From assembly GCA_041891055.1 (NCBI GenBank), contig CP169074.1, positions 1,088,001-1,152,000 of the forward strand: a stretch of DNA of 64,000 nucleotides, written 5' to 3'. Each line of letters opens with the position of its first letter. The stretch's first letter is position 1. This document shows, piece after piece, positions 38,729 to 46,959 of the stretch. Source of the stretch: Halorutilales archaeon Cl-col2-1. Its GTDB lineage: Archaea > Halobacteriota > Halobacteria > Halobacteriales > Afararchaeaceae. The position numbers and the translations under genes were made by a program. The notes under the pieces are model-generated. The model was not told the DNA's origin. It worked only from the letters and a program-made list of their open reading frames with translations, and searched no databases.

Positions 38729-39433
38729 ATGGTTGAGATAACCGACACGACGACATGGTTCTGGATAGGCGCGGTAGGTATGTTCGCGGGAATGGTAGTC
38801 TTCGTAGCCTCAGGTGTCAGGAGCGACGACGAGACGAGGAAGTACTACGGTGTCATAGCCGCGGTCGCCTTCATAGCGTCCGCAGCCTACGCTGCGATGG
38901 CTCTCGGTATAGGCTCGCTCGAGTCCGACGGAGTGACCGTATACCTCCCGAGGTACGCAGACTGGCTGATAACGACACCCCTACTCATACTTGACCTGGG
39001 TCTCCTCGCGGGTGTCAATAAGAAGACGTACGCGGCTCTGATAGGCTCAGACGTCGCGATGATAGGATCGGGAGTCGCGGCGTCGCTCTCGACCTCCTGG
39101 GTCAAGTACGTCTACTTCGGCGTGGGATCGGTGGCTTACGTGGTTCTCCTCTACCTACTCATGAGAACCCTCTCGGACGCCGCGAGGGGCAGAGGAGTCG
39201 CGTCTCTGTTCCAGAAGCTAAGGAACCTGACAGTAGTCCTGTGGTCGGTCTATCCCGTAGTCTGGCTGGTCGGACCCTACGGAACGGGTCTCTTAGAGCC
39301 CGCTACCGAGACTATCATAATACTCTATCTCGACCTCATAACCAAGGTCGGGTTCGGTTTCATACTCGTCAACAGCCACGACGTCCTGTCGTCGATACGT
39401 ACCCCCTCGACGGCGGACGTAGCCGAGACGTGA
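38729..39433 (+). CDS. Microbial rhodopsin, SRII-like/middle-rhodopsin-like, with D-T-D motif
   Basis: 7 TM; PRYADWLITTPLLILD (helix C), LRNLTVVLWSVYPVVW (helix F), YLDLITKVGFG with retinal Lys206; abuts the transducer stop. Confidence 0.95.
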   Translation: MVEITDTTTWFWIGAVGMFAGMVVFVASGVRSDDETRKYYGVIAAVAFIASAAYAAMALGIGSLESDGVTVYLPRYADWLITTPLLILDLGLLAGVNKKTYAALIGSDVAMIGSGVAASLSTSWVKYVYFGVGSVAYVVLLYLLMRTLSDAARGRGVASLFQKLRNLTVVLWSVYPVVWLVGPYGTGLLEPATETIIILYLDLITKVGFGFILVNSHDVLSSIRTPSTADVAET

Positions 39434-39439
39434 TCAGTC

Positions 39440-39646
39440 TCAGTTCCCTTCTACCTCAAAGATAACACCGAAGACGTGGTCGTTAGGACACGAGAGACGT
39501 CTTAGCTTTCCTCCTTGGCTTCGCCGTCCCCGGCTTTCCTCGTTCTCGTAGTCAGTCTCGAAGACCCCTTTTACCGTCGCGTCCCACGGGAGACCCATCT
39601 TGACATTGACACCGCATATGGGACACCGTATATCCCGAACAGGCAT
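39440..39646 (-). CDS. brz: Brz, bacteriorhodopsin-regulating CPxCG zinc-finger protein
   Basis: MP...I.CP.CG..VKMGLP..ATVK.V...C.NDH.F.V.FE matches Halobacterium Brz as recalled; divergent from brp as in the bop cluster. Confidence 0.85.
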   Translation of the reverse strand: MPVRDIRCPICGVNVKMGLPWDATVKGVFETDYENEESRGRRSQGGKLRRLSCPNDHVFGVIFEVEGN

Positions 39647-39695
39647 CGTTGGGAGACGATGGTAGACAAGTGCTTAAGCCTACTCCTTGTTGTAC

Positions 39696-39710
39696 ACCCC
39701 AACAGTTAGG
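39696..39710 (+). promoter_or_regulatory. Bat UAS-like site ACCCCAACAGTTAGG between brz and brp
   Basis: 11/13 match to ACCCNACTAGTTNGG; TATA-like TTTTAATA at 39716; brp ATG 36 nt after the site. Confidence 0.65.
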
Positions 39711-39746
39711 CCTCGTTTTAATAGTGTGACGGAGCCTATTCTAAGT

Positions 39747-40766
39747 ATGACGAGTTTTGGTCTCCGAAGACTACGGAGACGCGGACGGTCGAGTTCGTAC
39801 CTCACGAGGTCGAGGCTCGGTTTACTTTCACTGACGGTCGGCTTCGGTATCTTGGGTCTCGCGGGCATAGGAGTCTCACTGCGTCTCCAGTCTGCCGTCT
39901 ACCTGATAGGGATGGTGGCGATGAACCTCCCCCAGGGTGGCTACGAGAACTTACATAACCTCGACGGACGTGGCACGAGGTTCCAGATGGGATACATAGC
40001 CTCCTACGTACTCACCATAGCGGCTTTCACAGCCGTCTTCTTCTTCGACCCCGTCGTGGGACTGGGTCTCGGCGTCTTTGTCGCGATGGCTAAGGGAGGC
40101 TTCGGAGACCTCAGCGTCTTGGAGACCATCTACGGCGACCACATAAAGACAGATATCCAGAGATGGCTAGCTGCGGCGGTCAGAGGTGGTGTCGTGATGG
40201 TAGTTCCGATGGCTTTCCATCCCGAAGCTTTCTACGGTCTGAGCTCCGTGATGGTGAATATATTCGATCCCGGTGGTCTCACGAGACTCGGATACGGGAG
40301 CTTCGAGACCGCGAGCCGTGTCCTCGGGGCTGTTCTCTGTGCCATAACTGGGGTTTACCTGGTTCTGGGGTACATACGGTCAGACGCGACGGGGTCGTTC
40401 AGGTCTGACGCGGGCGAAATCTTCCTCCTAGTCGCCTACTTCGCAGTGACTCCCGTCGTGGTAGCCGTTGGTCTCTACTTCCCCCTGTGGTACTCGGCGA
40501 GACAGGTCGCCCGTATGAGGGCGGTCGACGACTCCGAGACGGAACGGGACGGCTTTGACGCCCCGGCTGTAGTAGTCTCACTCGTCGTGGCGAGCGTCGT
40601 GTTAGGTGGTCTCGTGTGGTCAGTCTCGCCACAGCCCCTCGGTGGTGCGAGAATCCTACCAGGACTCGTGGCTTTCTGGACGGTATTCGTGAGCATAATA
40701 GCACTTCCCCACGTAGTCATTGGAGGGCTTATAGACAGGTCGAGGGGGATATGGTACGTCCCATGA
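39747..40766 (+). CDS. brp: Brp/Blh family membrane protein (beta-carotene 15,15'-dioxygenase fold; iron-ligand His residues apparently replaced)
   Basis: Polytopic; NLP(Q)GG, AVRGG.VM.VP, YFPLW(Y)SAR(Q), IALPH; located between brz and bat; start trimmed to MTSFG. Confidence 0.82.
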   Translation: MTSFGLRRLRRRGRSSSYLTRSRLGLLSLTVGFGILGLAGIGVSLRLQSAVYLIGMVAMNLPQGGYENLHNLDGRGTRFQMGYIASYVLTIAAFTAVFFFDPVVGLGLGVFVAMAKGGFGDLSVLETIYGDHIKTDIQRWLAAAVRGGVVMVVPMAFHPEAFYGLSSVMVNIFDPGGLTRLGYGSFETASRVLGAVLCAITGVYLVLGYIRSDATGSFRSDAGEIFLLVAYFAVTPVVVAVGLYFPLWYSARQVARMRAVDDSETERDGFDAPAVVVSLVVASVVLGGLVWSVSPQPLGGARILPGLVAFWTVFVSIIALPHVVIGGLIDRSRGIWYVP

Positions 40767-40841
40767 CCAAAAACGACAGTCACCCGGAGAGAAATCGAGA
40801 AATAACCACGAAAGAAACAAGACTAGACAGGTCAAGATAAG

Positions 40842-42872
40842 ATGACGGATCAAGGAAGGATACTCTACGCAGGCGGTGAGATAGACGGTATCAGCCCTGA
40901 GTCGGTAGACGAGAGTCTCGACCGGCTCGAGGTCGTACACGAATCCGACTTCGTCACGGCTCTCGAATCCGCCAGGGAAACCGACGTCAGAGGCGTGATC
41001 GCCTCCCACCGGACTAACGGCTTCAGAGGCGTCGACCTACTTGAGTCGATGCGTCAGGAGGGGCTGGGAATCCCCGTAGCCGTGGTAGTTCGGGAGGAGG
41101 AGGCAGGCGAAGTGGCACGCAGAGCAGTCGAAGCCGACGCCACGGCTTTGGTGCCAGCAGGCGATGACGACGCTCTCGAAGCCTTAGCTGACGCGATCGA
41201 GAGAAACATGAGCACCGAGGATGGACGTAGACGTGAAGAAGACAGACGTATGCCAATATCCGACCTGCCCTTCGAGGACGAGAGACGTCTCAAGGAACGT
41301 GTCCTTGACGAGGCACCCATAGGAATCACGGTCTCGAACGCCGACGACCCCGATAACCCCATAATCTACCTCAACAAGTCGTTCGAGAGTCTGACTGGGT
41401 ACTCGGCCGAGGAGGTAGTGGGTGCGAACCACAGGTTTCTACAGGGAAGCGAGACCGACACCGAGAAGGTCGAGGAGCTCGGAAGAGGTGTCTCAGAGGG
41501 GCGTGACACACGGGTTACACTGCGTAACTACACCCGGGACGGTGACCTCTTCTGGAACCAGGTAGACGTAAGCCCTATATCCGACTCAGAGAACGAGACG
41601 TCTTATTACGTGGGGTTCCAGATGGACGTCACCGAGCGCGAGAGATTCAGACACGAGCTTGAGGAGGAGCGCGAGGCTTTCGACCGTCTCATAGACCGGA
41701 TGAACAGTCTCATCAACGACATCACGAGATGTCTTGTACGTGCCGAGAGCCGCGAGGAGGTCGAGGAGTCAGTCGTCGAAAAGCTCGGCGAGGAGTACGA
41801 TCAGGCTTGGATCGGAAGGTACAGCCCCACGGACGGCGAGGTGACTGTAGACGAGACCTCGATACGAGACAGAGAGGAACGACAGAATAGAATCAGCGTC
41901 GGAGAGGAAGACTCCGAGCGAGTAGTGAGTGACGTAGTCGAGAGACACGAGACAAGTGTCGTCGAGGGCGACGAAGCCGAGTCCCTCCGTCGTCGTATAC
42001 TGGACGGGTCAGTCGACGACTCCAAGTCGGGGTCTTCTTTCTGTGTCACCGTCCCCGTGACCTACCAGTCGACGACATACGGTGTGATTGGTGTCTGGGG
42101 AGACGGTGAGAGACTCGACACCAGGGAGCCTGGGCTTCTCGCGTCGGTCGCCAGAAGCGTTGGGGCATCGATCAACGACGTCTTGACTAAGAGGACTATG
42201 TCGACCGACTCGGTGGTGCGCCTGGGTATTCGGATAGAGAACGACGGATCGCCTCTCGTGGAAGTCGCCGACGAGGTTGGAGGGAGTCTCGAATACGAGG
42301 GTGCCGTGACACAGGGCGGCGGTATAGCTATACTCGTGAGTACGTCAGCCGACCCAGGGGAAGCCGTCGAAGCTGCGGGACAGAACAGCGGCGTTGTAGA
42401 CGCCGAGGTACTCGTCTCAGACGAAGAAGGAACTGTTGTACAGATACGTGTCGATCGAATCGGTCTCGTGAGTGAGGTCTCCGAGCACGGTGGCCGTCTG
42501 AGGTCGATGGAGGTGACACCCAACGGCGTCGAGGCGGAGCTGGACGTCGGAAACGAGAGAGAAGCACGCCGTCTCCTCGACCGTCTGAAACAGACCTACT
42601 CAGGGTCGGAAGCTGACGTCAGTCTCGCAACCTACAGAACAGTAGAGGAAGCATCACAGACGACACAAGGCTTCAGAAACGAGGTAAGAGACCGTCTGAC
42701 ACAGCGTCAGATGACAGCCCTCCAGAAGGCGTATACGGGAGGCTTCTTCGACTGGCCCAGGCGTGTCGAGGGCGAGAGGCTCGCCGAGTCGATGGACATA
42801 GTTCCGTCGACCTACCACCAGCATCTACGTACCGCGGAGAGAAAGCTCATAGAGGCTTTCCTAAACGGCTGA
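40842..42872 (+). CDS. bat: Bacterio-opsin activator (receiver-like + LOV/PAS + GAF + HTH_10)
   Basis: DNPIIYLN..F..LTGY..EEVVGANHRFLQG LOV, GAF, and LT.RQ..AL..AY..GFFDWPR...HLR.AERK HTH. Confidence 0.92.
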   Translation: MTDQGRILYAGGEIDGISPESVDESLDRLEVVHESDFVTALESARETDVRGVIASHRTNGFRGVDLLESMRQEGLGIPVAVVVREEEAGEVARRAVEADATALVPAGDDDALEALADAIERNMSTEDGRRREEDRRMPISDLPFEDERRLKERVLDEAPIGITVSNADDPDNPIIYLNKSFESLTGYSAEEVVGANHRFLQGSETDTEKVEELGRGVSEGRDTRVTLRNYTRDGDLFWNQVDVSPISDSENETSYYVGFQMDVTERERFRHELEEEREAFDRLIDRMNSLINDITRCLVRAESREEVEESVVEKLGEEYDQAWIGRYSPTDGEVTVDETSIRDREERQNRISVGEEDSERVVSDVVERHETSVVEGDEAESLRRRILDGSVDDSKSGSSFCVTVPVTYQSTTYGVIGVWGDGERLDTREPGLLASVARSVGASINDVLTKRTMSTDSVVRLGIRIENDGSPLVEVADEVGGSLEYEGAVTQGGGIAILVSTSADPGEAVEAAGQNSGVVDAEVLVSDEEGTVVQIRVDRIGLVSEVSEHGGRLRSMEVTPNGVEAELDVGNEREARRLLDRLKQTYSGSEADVSLATYRTVEEASQTTQGFRNEVRDRLTQRQMTALQKAYTGGFFDWPRRVEGERLAESMDIVPSTYHQHLRTAERKLIEAFLNG

Positions 42873-42915
42873 TATGTCGGGAGCCTCTGAAGCAAACCCA
42901 AGAGGGTGGTAGATT

Positions 42916-43734
42916 ATGTCTTACCTCGCCTATGTGACTGTGTCAGTAGTGGGGGTCTCAGGTGTGGTGGCTATCGTAGCGTGGCACAGACGGGGACTGA
43001 GAAGGCTGTCCGACGTCCTCGGTGTAGGTGTCCTGAGCCTGATAGCCGTGGGTTACACATTCGGATGGGACGCGTATCTCATATACAGGGATGTATGGTG
43101 GTACGGCGACGGTGTCGTAAGCTTCCGCATCGTAGGAGTCCCCGCAGGGGAGATACTCTTCTTCGTAGCCCAGACTTCGCTGACATCGTTCTGGCTGTAC
43201 AGTCTCAAGCCCGACTTCGGCAGGAGTCTCGGAGAGACCGAGCCCGATAGACACCGCGACGGATTCGGGCTCGACCCGGCTCTCGTTACTGTCGTTCTAG
43301 GAGGCGTATCAGGTCTCCTTCTCGTCTTCGTGGCTCCCCAGAGGTACTACTACCTGGGTCAGATACTCGTCTGGGGAGCCCCGATGGTGTTCTTCCTCTG
43401 GTACGTCGGCAGTGAGATACTCCGTGAAAACATACGTCTCGTCGTAGCCGGAGTGGCTGTTCCGACCGTATACCTCTGGGGAGTCGACAGAGCCGCTATA
43501 CAGAGGGGTCTCTGGACCATCTCGGAGGAACACTCGACCGGAATAGGACTTCTAGGTCTACCCTTGGAGGAGATGGTGTTCTTCGGAGTGACTAACAGCC
43601 TCGTCGTCTTCGGCTTAGTCCTATATCTCTGGGTGGCTGAGCGCGCTAGAGACGGAGAAAAAGAAGAGGACTATCTGACTGGCATGAGACGCCTGATACT
43701 CGGGGTCAGAGACGGGGACGGGAACACGAGATAG
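42916..43734 (+). CDS. crtY: Lycopene beta-cyclase (fused CrtYc/Yd type)
   Basis: Two repeats: WD.YLI...VW.Y/GVP.GEILFF and D..AI..G.W.I/GLPLEEMVFF. Confidence 0.9.
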   Translation: MSYLAYVTVSVVGVSGVVAIVAWHRRGLRRLSDVLGVGVLSLIAVGYTFGWDAYLIYRDVWWYGDGVVSFRIVGVPAGEILFFVAQTSLTSFWLYSLKPDFGRSLGETEPDRHRDGFGLDPALVTVVLGGVSGLLLVFVAPQRYYYLGQILVWGAPMVFFLWYVGSEILRENIRLVVAGVAVPTVYLWGVDRAAIQRGLWTISEEHSTGIGLLGLPLEEMVFFGVTNSLVVFGLVLYLWVAERARDGEKEEDYLTGMRRLILGVRDGDGNTR

Positions 43735-43743
43735 AGGTCAAGG

Positions 43744-43995
43744 TCAGAAGAAGACTACCGACACGGCGTTGATGACTACGAGGACAACCCCGGCTCCGAG
43801 AAGAAGACTGCTATCTCTCTTTCTGCCCTCGTAGACGTAGTAAGCAGCCACGATGACGGCGGAAAGAGCGACGAAGTTCGCCGACATGAGGTTGAGGATA
43901 TCGAGGAGTATCCCGAGACTAAAGAAGATGACGACTCCCTGGAGAAGTACTACGAGCGCGTTCTTCGAGGACTGATCCATCGTCGACATACTCAT
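43744..43995 (-). CDS. Small hydrophobic membrane protein, function unknown
   Basis: 83 aa, about 3 TM segments, fills the gap between convergent genes. Confidence 0.65.
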   Translation of the reverse strand: MSMSTMDQSSKNALVVLLQGVVIFFSLGILLDILNLMSANFVALSAVIVAAYYVYEGRKRDSSLLLGAGVVLVVINAVSVVFF

Positions 43996-44042
43996 CTATA
44001 CGTGAGACTGACGCATATGGCTGTCGAATACGACGAGTTTTC

Positions 44043-44534
44043 CTATCCCCTTACAGGGATCTTCCCGAGCTGCACAGTCCTCTCAACTGTCTCACCGTCG
44101 GCGCGAGCCGTGACGTCCATCTCGGCGGGGGTCGAACCTCTCGGTATCTCCCACGTCGAGGTTACCTCTCGCGACTCACCAGGAGGCACAGTCACCGAGT
44201 CGCCACCCTGAGACTCCTGTCCGTCTGCGACCACGTTTCCCAGGATGAGTTCGTAGTCGTCCTGTGTCGGGTTGTCGACGGCGACAGTAATGGTGAGGCT
44301 CCACGTATCCTCACCCCTCTCGATAACTCCCGACTCCAGAGTCTCTGTCTGTGGTGTCTCGGTCAGAACCTCGTCTCCTATTCCGACTAGGCGTTGTTCC
44401 TCTTCCTCCTCCTCTAGCCATGGTATGTCGAAGAAATGCTGTCCTATCAGACCCGAGAATGTGAGTATCTCGGTGAGTATCGGGATACCTATACCGAGCC
44501 CTATCATGAGACGTATCAGGGTTCGTCTCTTCAT
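44043..44534 (-). CDS. Membrane-anchored acidic protein with beta-rich (Ig-like) domain, associated with the cba cluster
   Basis: N-terminal hydrophobic anchor, acidic beta-strand-rich body, normal codon usage. Confidence 0.7.
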   Translation of the reverse strand: MKRRTLIRLMIGLGIGIPILTEILTFSGLIGQHFFDIPWLEEEEEEQRLVGIGDEVLTETPQTETLESGVIERGEDTWSLTITVAVDNPTQDDYELILGNVVADGQESQGGDSVTVPPGESREVTSTWEIPRGSTPAEMDVTARADGETVERTVQLGKIPVRG

Positions 44535-44690
44535 AGATACCTCAGCTCCTGTTGACGGAAGACCTGGTTGATTCTTTCCGTTGAGCCTACTACGTTCATA
44601 GTAACACTTTGCTCGCTTTATTATTAAGCATTGTCACAACGCAAACGGCTGTATAGTTCTGTGACTCGACTTCGCTTCTGTGGTATGCGT

Positions 44691-44706
44691 CGAAAAAAGT
44701 AAAGTA
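44691..44706 (-). terminator. T-rich tract after cbaA (probable terminator)
   Basis: Minus strand reads TACTTTACTTTTTTCG about 20 nt after the cbaA stop. Confidence 0.5.
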
Positions 44707-44724
44707 CGGATAAGACCGGTTAAG

Positions 44725-46434
44725 CTACGGTCTGACCGGAACTGCTCCCGGCGTGAGAGGACCGTCTGCTACCCAGCTCATCACGGGTACTCCGAAGGCG
44801 AGTAGGAGGAGCACGACTGCTATTGCTCCCCAGAGCTTGAGGTTGTCGAGTATGAGAGGACCGTCCTCGGGACCCGACAGGGGCTCGGGAATCGTGAAGT
44901 CGTGCTGAGCGGCGTCTATCCTACTTCCAGCGAAGACCGAAGCGACAAGGACAGCTATGAACGCGAGCGACGATATGAAGAGGAATACTCCTCCTATCGC
45001 TAGCTGCCATCTGATCTCCGACATGCTTCCGAGAGGAGCCGTGAACTCGAAGAGCCTGTAAGTCGGCTCGGCGGTTCTCCTCGGCGATCCGGCGAGTCCG
45101 GCACGGTGCATCGCGTTCGACATGAAGGTCATTCCTATGAACCACAGGTAGGGCTGAACCATGGCGAGACCCTTGAGGCTGAGATCCTTGCCCGTGAGCT
45201 GTGGGTAGAGCCAGTAGATGAGTCCCATCATCGTGAGCGTGACCGCACTACCGACTGTGAGATGGAAATGTCCGGGTACCCAGAGCGTGTTGTGGACGAG
45301 GTAGTTGAGGTTGAGTGCTGCGTTGACCATTCCGCTGAATCCACCCGCCGCGAAGAAGAGTCCGGCGAGTGCCATCGCGGAGAACTGAGGCTTCTCCCAC
45401 GGAAGTGCCTTGAGCCAGCCGAGTCTTCCGGTTCCGCCACGCTGTCTCGCTCCGTGCTCCATGCTCGCCACCGCGGTGAAGGCGGTGAGGAGGCTCGGGA
45501 GGAGGAGGAACATCGTGTTAGACATCACGACGTACTTGAAGCCGTTCGGAACACCCGGATCCATGTACTGATGGTGGAATCCGACGGGTGCCGAGAGCAG
45601 GAGGAAGAGTATGAAGACGACCCTTGCGAGCGGATCGCTGAAGAGACGTCCTCCCGACAGCTTCGGAAGTACGGTGTACCACGCGAGGTACGCGGGCATC
45701 AGCCAGAAGTAGACGATAGGATGCCCGGTTATCCAGAACAGGGTACGTGTCAGAAGCGGGTCAACCTGTCCTATGATGCCTAGCGACCACGGGAGGAGGA
45801 AGAAGATAACCGATATCGCGATACCGAGAGACGCGAGCTGCCAGAACATCATCGTCGTGACAGCGATAAACGTCTGGAGAGGTATGCGCTCGTCGGGGTT
45901 GTCCTTCTTCCAGTCCCAGAGTGCCGTGAAGTAGTCGAATCCGGCTAGCCAGCTCGCTACGACGTAAAGCACGAGACCGACGTAGAATATGGGATGTGCC
46001 TTGAGCGGGGCGTAGAAGGTGTAGAGGACGTCCGCCTGCATATTGCCGAGTATCGGGACGTCACCCTTGATGAATCCCGCGAACATCGCTATCTCGGCGA
46101 GTATTATGCCGATCAGACCGAGTCTGACCCAGCCACACGTGAACTTGGGATTACCGAGTGACCTGTCTAGGCTCCTCGGAACCGCCCACGTGAATGTGCC
46201 GAGTATAGCGAGTATCGCCCAGAAGATCACCATGTTGACGCCGTGGAGCGTCAGGTAGGTGTAGTAGTCTCCCGACGATATTATTCTTAGCTTATCTGTC
46301 CTGTGCAGCACCTGGAGAAGACCCATTATGGCTCCTATCCCCAGGGTGATTACTCCGACCACGAAGATTCGACGGACTGCCTTAGCCTCCGTAGGGAACT
46401 TGTCCTTGAAGAGCTCGTTCTGTCCTGTTGCCAT
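44725..46434 (-). CDS. cbaA: ba3-type (B-family) heme-copper oxidase subunit I
   Basis: TLHG, W..GHPIVY, GFHHQ, HNTLWVPGHFH, PRR motifs. Confidence 0.95.
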   Translation of the reverse strand: MATGQNELFKDKFPTEAKAVRRIFVVGVITLGIGAIMGLLQVLHRTDKLRIISSGDYYTYLTLHGVNMVIFWAILAILGTFTWAVPRSLDRSLGNPKFTCGWVRLGLIGIILAEIAMFAGFIKGDVPILGNMQADVLYTFYAPLKAHPIFYVGLVLYVVASWLAGFDYFTALWDWKKDNPDERIPLQTFIAVTTMMFWQLASLGIAISVIFFLLPWSLGIIGQVDPLLTRTLFWITGHPIVYFWLMPAYLAWYTVLPKLSGGRLFSDPLARVVFILFLLLSAPVGFHHQYMDPGVPNGFKYVVMSNTMFLLLPSLLTAFTAVASMEHGARQRGGTGRLGWLKALPWEKPQFSAMALAGLFFAAGGFSGMVNAALNLNYLVHNTLWVPGHFHLTVGSAVTLTMMGLIYWLYPQLTGKDLSLKGLAMVQPYLWFIGMTFMSNAMHRAGLAGSPRRTAEPTYRLFEFTAPLGSMSEIRWQLAIGGVFLFISSLAFIAVLVASVFAGSRIDAAQHDFTIPEPLSGPEDGPLILDNLKLWGAIAVVLLLLAFGVPVMSWVADGPLTPGAVPVRP

Positions 46435-46437
46435 TCT

Positions 46438-46953
46438 TTATACCTCCGATGCGTTGAACTCCGACTTGGGAACCACGTTTAGCTTACCCTCCATCGTGTG
46501 GTGTCCCGAGCCGCAGTACTCGTTACATACTATGCCGTACTCTCCGGGCTCGTCGAAAGTCGTCGTCATCTGCCCGACCTGTCCGGGTATAGCCATCGAG
46601 TTGACGTTGGTGTCGACTATCTCGAAGCCGTGTATGACGTCGGGGCTCGTGTAGTAGAAGGTGACCTCCGAGTCGGTCGGAACTGTTATGGGCTGTGTCG
46701 TTCCGGGCATGTAGAGGAACTGACGTACAAGGACGTTAACCTCGTACTCGTTGGGACCCACCTTATGTACACCACGGTTCTGTGCCGAGAATCTCTCACT
46801 CTGTGTGACGTTCGCGGGACTGATGGTTCCTCCGCTGTCACTTACCATCTTGATACCCGGACCGAGCGCGCCGTACGTAACGGTGGCTACGAGACCGACT
46901 ATGAAGACGAGTGCGACCGCGAGCCATATCTTCTCGTACTTGTGTATATCCAT
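46438..46953 (-). CDS. cbaB: ba3-type oxidase subunit II (CuA)
   Basis: Single TM; DVIHGF and CNEYCGSGHHTM CuA motif. Confidence 0.95.
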   Translation of the reverse strand: MDIHKYEKIWLAVALVFIVGLVATVTYGALGPGIKMVSDSGGTISPANVTQSERFSAQNRGVHKVGPNEYEVNVLVRQFLYMPGTTQPITVPTDSEVTFYYTSPDVIHGFEIVDTNVNSMAIPGQVGQMTTTFDEPGEYGIVCNEYCGSGHHTMEGKLNVVPKSEFNASEV

Positions 46954-46959
46954 GAGTTA

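Noticed and set aside
38729-39433. Calling the opsin plain bacteriorhodopsin or halorhodopsin
   Set aside because: SRII-type helices F/G (T204 and Y199 equivalents), no E194 equivalent and a coupled HtrII argue against BR; the Asp counterion excludes HR.
42896-42910. ACCCAAGAGGGTGGT before crtY as a third Bat UAS
   Set aside because: Five mismatches and too close to the ATG; better explained as a ribosome-binding site.
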